Assembly (NCBI GenBank): GCA_045590615.1
Contig: JAZNRH010000087.1
Span: 1-51,002, forward strand
Origin: Eubacteriales bacterium
GTDB taxonomy: Bacteria; Bacillota; Clostridia; Oscillospirales; SIG627
Length of the DNA stretch: 51,002 bases
Direction: 5' to 3'
Under the pieces are notes generated by a model, which worked only from the letters and a program-made list of their open reading frames with translations, made no database searches and was not told the DNA's origin. Position numbers and translations under genes: made by a program. Below are positions 48,223-51,002 of the stretch, in pieces (the first letter of the stretch is position 1; each line of letters starts with the position of its first letter).

Positions 48223-48579
48223 ATGCTTTATATGAAAAACAAAATTATGAAGTTCTGTTGTCAGACGCTACCGTTCATTGTGGCACTTGTACCGCTGTTT
48301 GCAATAAATGTATTTGCCGTAGATGATATGTGGGTAGTTGCCGACAGAATTATCGTTGACGTCTACAATCATATTGCAGGAATAAGTACCGTCCTTGCGG
48401 CTCTTATGACTACCGTGTGCGTTGTAGGTATGAAGCTTTCAAACAATCAGCAAAAGGTAGACCAGAGTGTTGACTGGCTCAAGCGTATCTGGATTGCTTG
48501 GGCTATTATCAACGGCATTGGTGCATTCCTTGCTTATGTAAGACCGCTTCTCGACGGACTTGCGACTATTAAGCCGTAA
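48223..48579 (+). CDS. VirB2/TrbC-like small membrane protein (conjugal pilin-like)
   Basis: Signal-like N-terminus ending VFA, two hydrophobic helices flanking WLKRI. Lies upstream of a VirB6-like gene. Confidence 0.6.
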   Translation: MLYMKNKIMKFCCQTLPFIVALVPLFAINVFAVDDMWVVADRIIVDVYNHIAGISTVLAALMTTVCVVGMKLSNNQQKVDQSVDWLKRIWIAWAIINGIGAFLAYVRPLLDGLATIKP

Positions 48580-48620
48580 AAATGAAATACAAAATAACTA
48601 AATAAAGGGGGTGCTGTCTT

Positions 48621-50783
48621 TTGCTTGAACCCATTATGAAGGGGCTGATAGAGTGGATATACGGTCTTATCGAAGATATGGCAGACTATGTGTTCGGCGA
48701 TATTATCGACGTTATGACGATGGATATGGACTATTTCCGAAAGGCAGCTCCTATCGTAAATGACATTTCCGAAATCATTCTCGCTCTCGGATGGGCACTT
48801 TTGCTTGGAAATCTTGTATTCCAACTATTAAAAAGCATAATGTCGGGAGCAGGCTTTGAGGGTGAAGATCCGAAGCTTCTTTTTATGCGTACCTTTGCTT
48901 TCAGCTTTCTCCTCCTTGCATCTCCTCAGATATGCGAAATGTGTACCAAGATGACAGGAACAGTCGTTGCATACCTTAATATCCCGAGAAGCTTTGCTTT
49001 CTCTCCACCGTCAAGCCTGATGTTCTCGGCTGCAGGCGGTGTAAGCTGGCTTATAGCGATAATCGTAAGTATTATTCTCATTATTCAACTCATAAAGCTG
49101 TTCTTTGATATAGGCGAGAGATATGTCATAGCCTGTGTTCTCACATTTATGGCACCTCTCGCTTTTGCTATGGGCGGAAGTAAGAATACCAACGACATAT
49201 TCAAGGGCTGGTGCAGAATGTACGGCTCTATGAACCTTATGCTCATTATGAATATCATCTTCTTAAAGCTCATAATGAACGCAATGGTTAATATGTGGGC
49301 GTCAAATATTATTGTATGGCTGGTATTCGTAATGGCACTCACAAGAGTAGCAAGAAAGATCGATGCACATATAGCGAAAATCGGACTTAACCCTGCACAG
49401 ACAAGCAACAGCGTAGGTGTAAGATTCCCCGGCGGTATGACACTTGTTGTGGTGAGAACTCTTGCATCCCTTGTGGGCAAGAATATGGGCGGTATGAAGG
49501 GTGGCTCCGGCGGTGGTAACCGTTCAGGTGGCAGCAGTAATCATAACCACAACCACGGCGGTGGAAGCCCAAGCGGTGGAGGCTCAAGACCTCGTAACAC
49601 TAATCCTCCTCCGTCAAATAACGGCGGTAATGCGAATCCCGGTGATGCGAACGTAAATGTATCTGTAAACAATCAAAGCAGAACTACTAAGATTAATACT
49701 CCTGCAGGCAATACTGCAAACAGACAAGCTAACAATGCAACAAATAACAGCAGATACACAAATAATAACAGCTCAAATTCCGATAGCAGAAGCAATTCGA
49801 GAACAGACAATTCGAGTCGTGAAACTTCCGGCAGAAATACTCCTTCTACACCTGCAAGGAATAATAAGCCTACAGGCAACGGCGGTAATATCACTGTCAA
49901 TCAGACGCAGGTACAGAATGCCGCAAGAAATGCTGCATCAATTCCGGGTGCAAGACCTAATACAGCTCATACAACCGACAGAAGCAGTTCATCTTCACAC
50001 GACGGCGGCAGAGATACTCATTCCTCAAATCAGCAAAGGACACAGAATACGTCCCGTCCTCCGCTGTCAAGGAATACATCGGGTGGAAGGACAAATATAC
50101 CTGCACCTCCCGTATCTTCTCAGCCTCATACAAATCAGTCCGTTGTTAATAACAACAGTGGTGTTCAAGGTGGTGTAACTGTTAATGCTCCCGCTGTTAA
50201 GACAGGCTCAAAGGGTGTAACAGTTCCTGTTATGCCTCAGACTCAAGGTATGAGCAGAACATCAGGAAGCCTTAGAACTTCCGACAACAGGAGCGTTAAT
50301 AACAACGCTGTTGGTAATTCCTCTGTAAACAGCGATTCGGATGTACATACTTCCAATGTATCCTCTGATAACGGAAGAACAGACAGAAGAAGCACAGTAA
50401 TCGCAGGTGGAAACAGAACTTCAAGCAATGTTTCGGGTGGTAACACTGGTGTTAATGTAAACAATACTACTTCCGTTCGTGGAGGCGGTACAGTTGTCAA
50501 CAACTCAGGTGTATCGTATTCAGAACACGGTGGTGATTCTCATTATGTTGCAAACAACAATATGAGTACCACTGAAAGACGAGTAAATCCCGAATACAAA
50601 TTTGGAAGATACGATCCTGCGGCAGCAAACCGTAAAGGAAAGAAAAACTACTACACCAAAGACACAGAACCCTTAAAGCGTAAGGGTGAATACAAGAGAG
50701 GTGAAGCGGACAATGGCAGAGCAGCAAAAAAGCACAGGTCAGAAGGCGGCTCGCGGAGCTCAGGTCGTAGGCGGAATAGTTAA
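48621..50783 (+). CDS. VirB6/TrbL-like polytopic membrane protein with a long low-complexity tail
   Basis: About 290-aa multi-helix domain (ERYVI...APLAFAMGGSKNTNDIFKGWCRMYGSM) followed by about 430 aa rich in N, S, G, T and R. Confidence 0.7.
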   Translation: MLEPIMKGLIEWIYGLIEDMADYVFGDIIDVMTMDMDYFRKAAPIVNDISEIILALGWALLLGNLVFQLLKSIMSGAGFEGEDPKLLFMRTFAFSFLLLASPQICEMCTKMTGTVVAYLNIPRSFAFSPPSSLMFSAAGGVSWLIAIIVSIILIIQLIKLFFDIGERYVIACVLTFMAPLAFAMGGSKNTNDIFKGWCRMYGSMNLMLIMNIIFLKLIMNAMVNMWASNIIVWLVFVMALTRVARKIDAHIAKIGLNPAQTSNSVGVRFPGGMTLVVVRTLASLVGKNMGGMKGGSGGGNRSGGSSNHNHNHGGGSPSGGGSRPRNTNPPPSNNGGNANPGDANVNVSVNNQSRTTKINTPAGNTANRQANNATNNSRYTNNNSSNSDSRSNSRTDNSSRETSGRNTPSTPARNNKPTGNGGNITVNQTQVQNAARNAASIPGARPNTAHTTDRSSSSSHDGGRDTHSSNQQRTQNTSRPPLSRNTSGGRTNIPAPPVSSQPHTNQSVVNNNSGVQGGVTVNAPAVKTGSKGVTVPVMPQTQGMSRTSGSLRTSDNRSVNNNAVGNSSVNSDSDVHTSNVSSDNGRTDRRSTVIAGGNRTSSNVSGGNTGVNVNNTTSVRGGGTVVNNSGVSYSEHGGDSHYVANNNMSTTERRVNPEYKFGRYDPAAANRKGKKNYYTKDTEPLKRKGEYKRGEADNGRAAKKHRSEGGSRSSGRRRNS

Positions 50784-51002
50784 AATCGCCACAGGTATTG
50801 CTTCACAGAACTATGCACAGGCTATTATCGGTGCCATTGAGGTTATACCTTGGAAGAAAGTATTTACCGTTATCGGTGCATTGCTTTTCCTCTTGCTTAT
50901 ACCCATAATCATTATCGCATCTCTTCCACAGCTTCTTGTAAATTGGGCTCTTTCGGGATTTGATGACCTCATTTCCCGAAATGAGCACGCCGCAGAAATG
51001 GA
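50713..51002 (+). CDS. Partial ORF running off the window (membrane-anchored conjugation-cluster protein)
   Basis: ATG 50713 after GAGGTG. MAEQQKSTGQKAARGAQVVGG...VIGALLFLLLIPIIIIASLP stays open to the window end. Absent from the ORF track because it has no stop. Confidence 0.7.
   Translation, partial: MAEQQKSTGQKAARGAQVVGGIVKIATGIASQNYAQAIIGAIEVIPWKKVFTVIGALLFLLLIPIIIIASLPQLLVNWALSGFDDLISRNEHAAEM

Larger units (their letters stand above)
34373..51002 (+). mobile_element. Left arm of a probable integrative conjugative element at tRNA-Asn (continues past the window)
   Basis: Starts right after a tRNA. Co-oriented parA, parB, RelE-like, sortase, adhesin and VirB2/VirB6-like genes, with visibly more A-rich codon usage. 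No integrase, relaxase or VirB4 within the window. Confidence 0.75.

Noticed and set aside
34373-51002. Prophage or chromosomal origin-region interpretation of the parAB block
   Set aside because: No phage structural genes and no dnaA/gidA context. The downstream genes resemble conjugation and adhesion functions.

Overview
This looks like chromosomal DNA from an anaerobic Clostridia-class (Oscillospirales-like) bacterium; the taxonomy is inferred from gene content and sigma-A promoters. Bases 1-34332 are mostly housekeeping and metabolic genes: a dusB/ECF sigma/anti-sigma operon, iscS-thiI-pth-acyltransferase-MBOAT-DHHW, a ZMP/ZTP riboswitch ahead of pflB-pflA, glyQS, a GH28 hydrolase, galE, a class III ribonucleotide reductase with a fused glutaredoxin-like domain next to trxB, a four-gene sugar-nucleotide operon, rlmA, aroK, dppA, yitT, an unlinked 5S rRNA, a tRNA-like pseudogene and tRNA-Asn. 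From about 34373 to the window end is the left arm of a probable integrative conjugative element: parA, parB, an orphan RelE-like gene, a sortase, a transglutaminase-like protein, a 2491-aa thioester/CnaB adhesin and VirB2/VirB6-like genes. The strongest novelty candidates are (1) a putative bacterial galacturonate salvage operon built on a kinase resembling plant galacturonokinase and fused to an HTH domain, (2) an apparently anchor-free sortase and adhesin pair on the mobile element, (3) a 105-bp structured repeat with compensatory base changes, and (4) an NrdD-glutaredoxin fusion clustered with thioredoxin reductase. All calls come from reading motifs by eye; no database searches were run.
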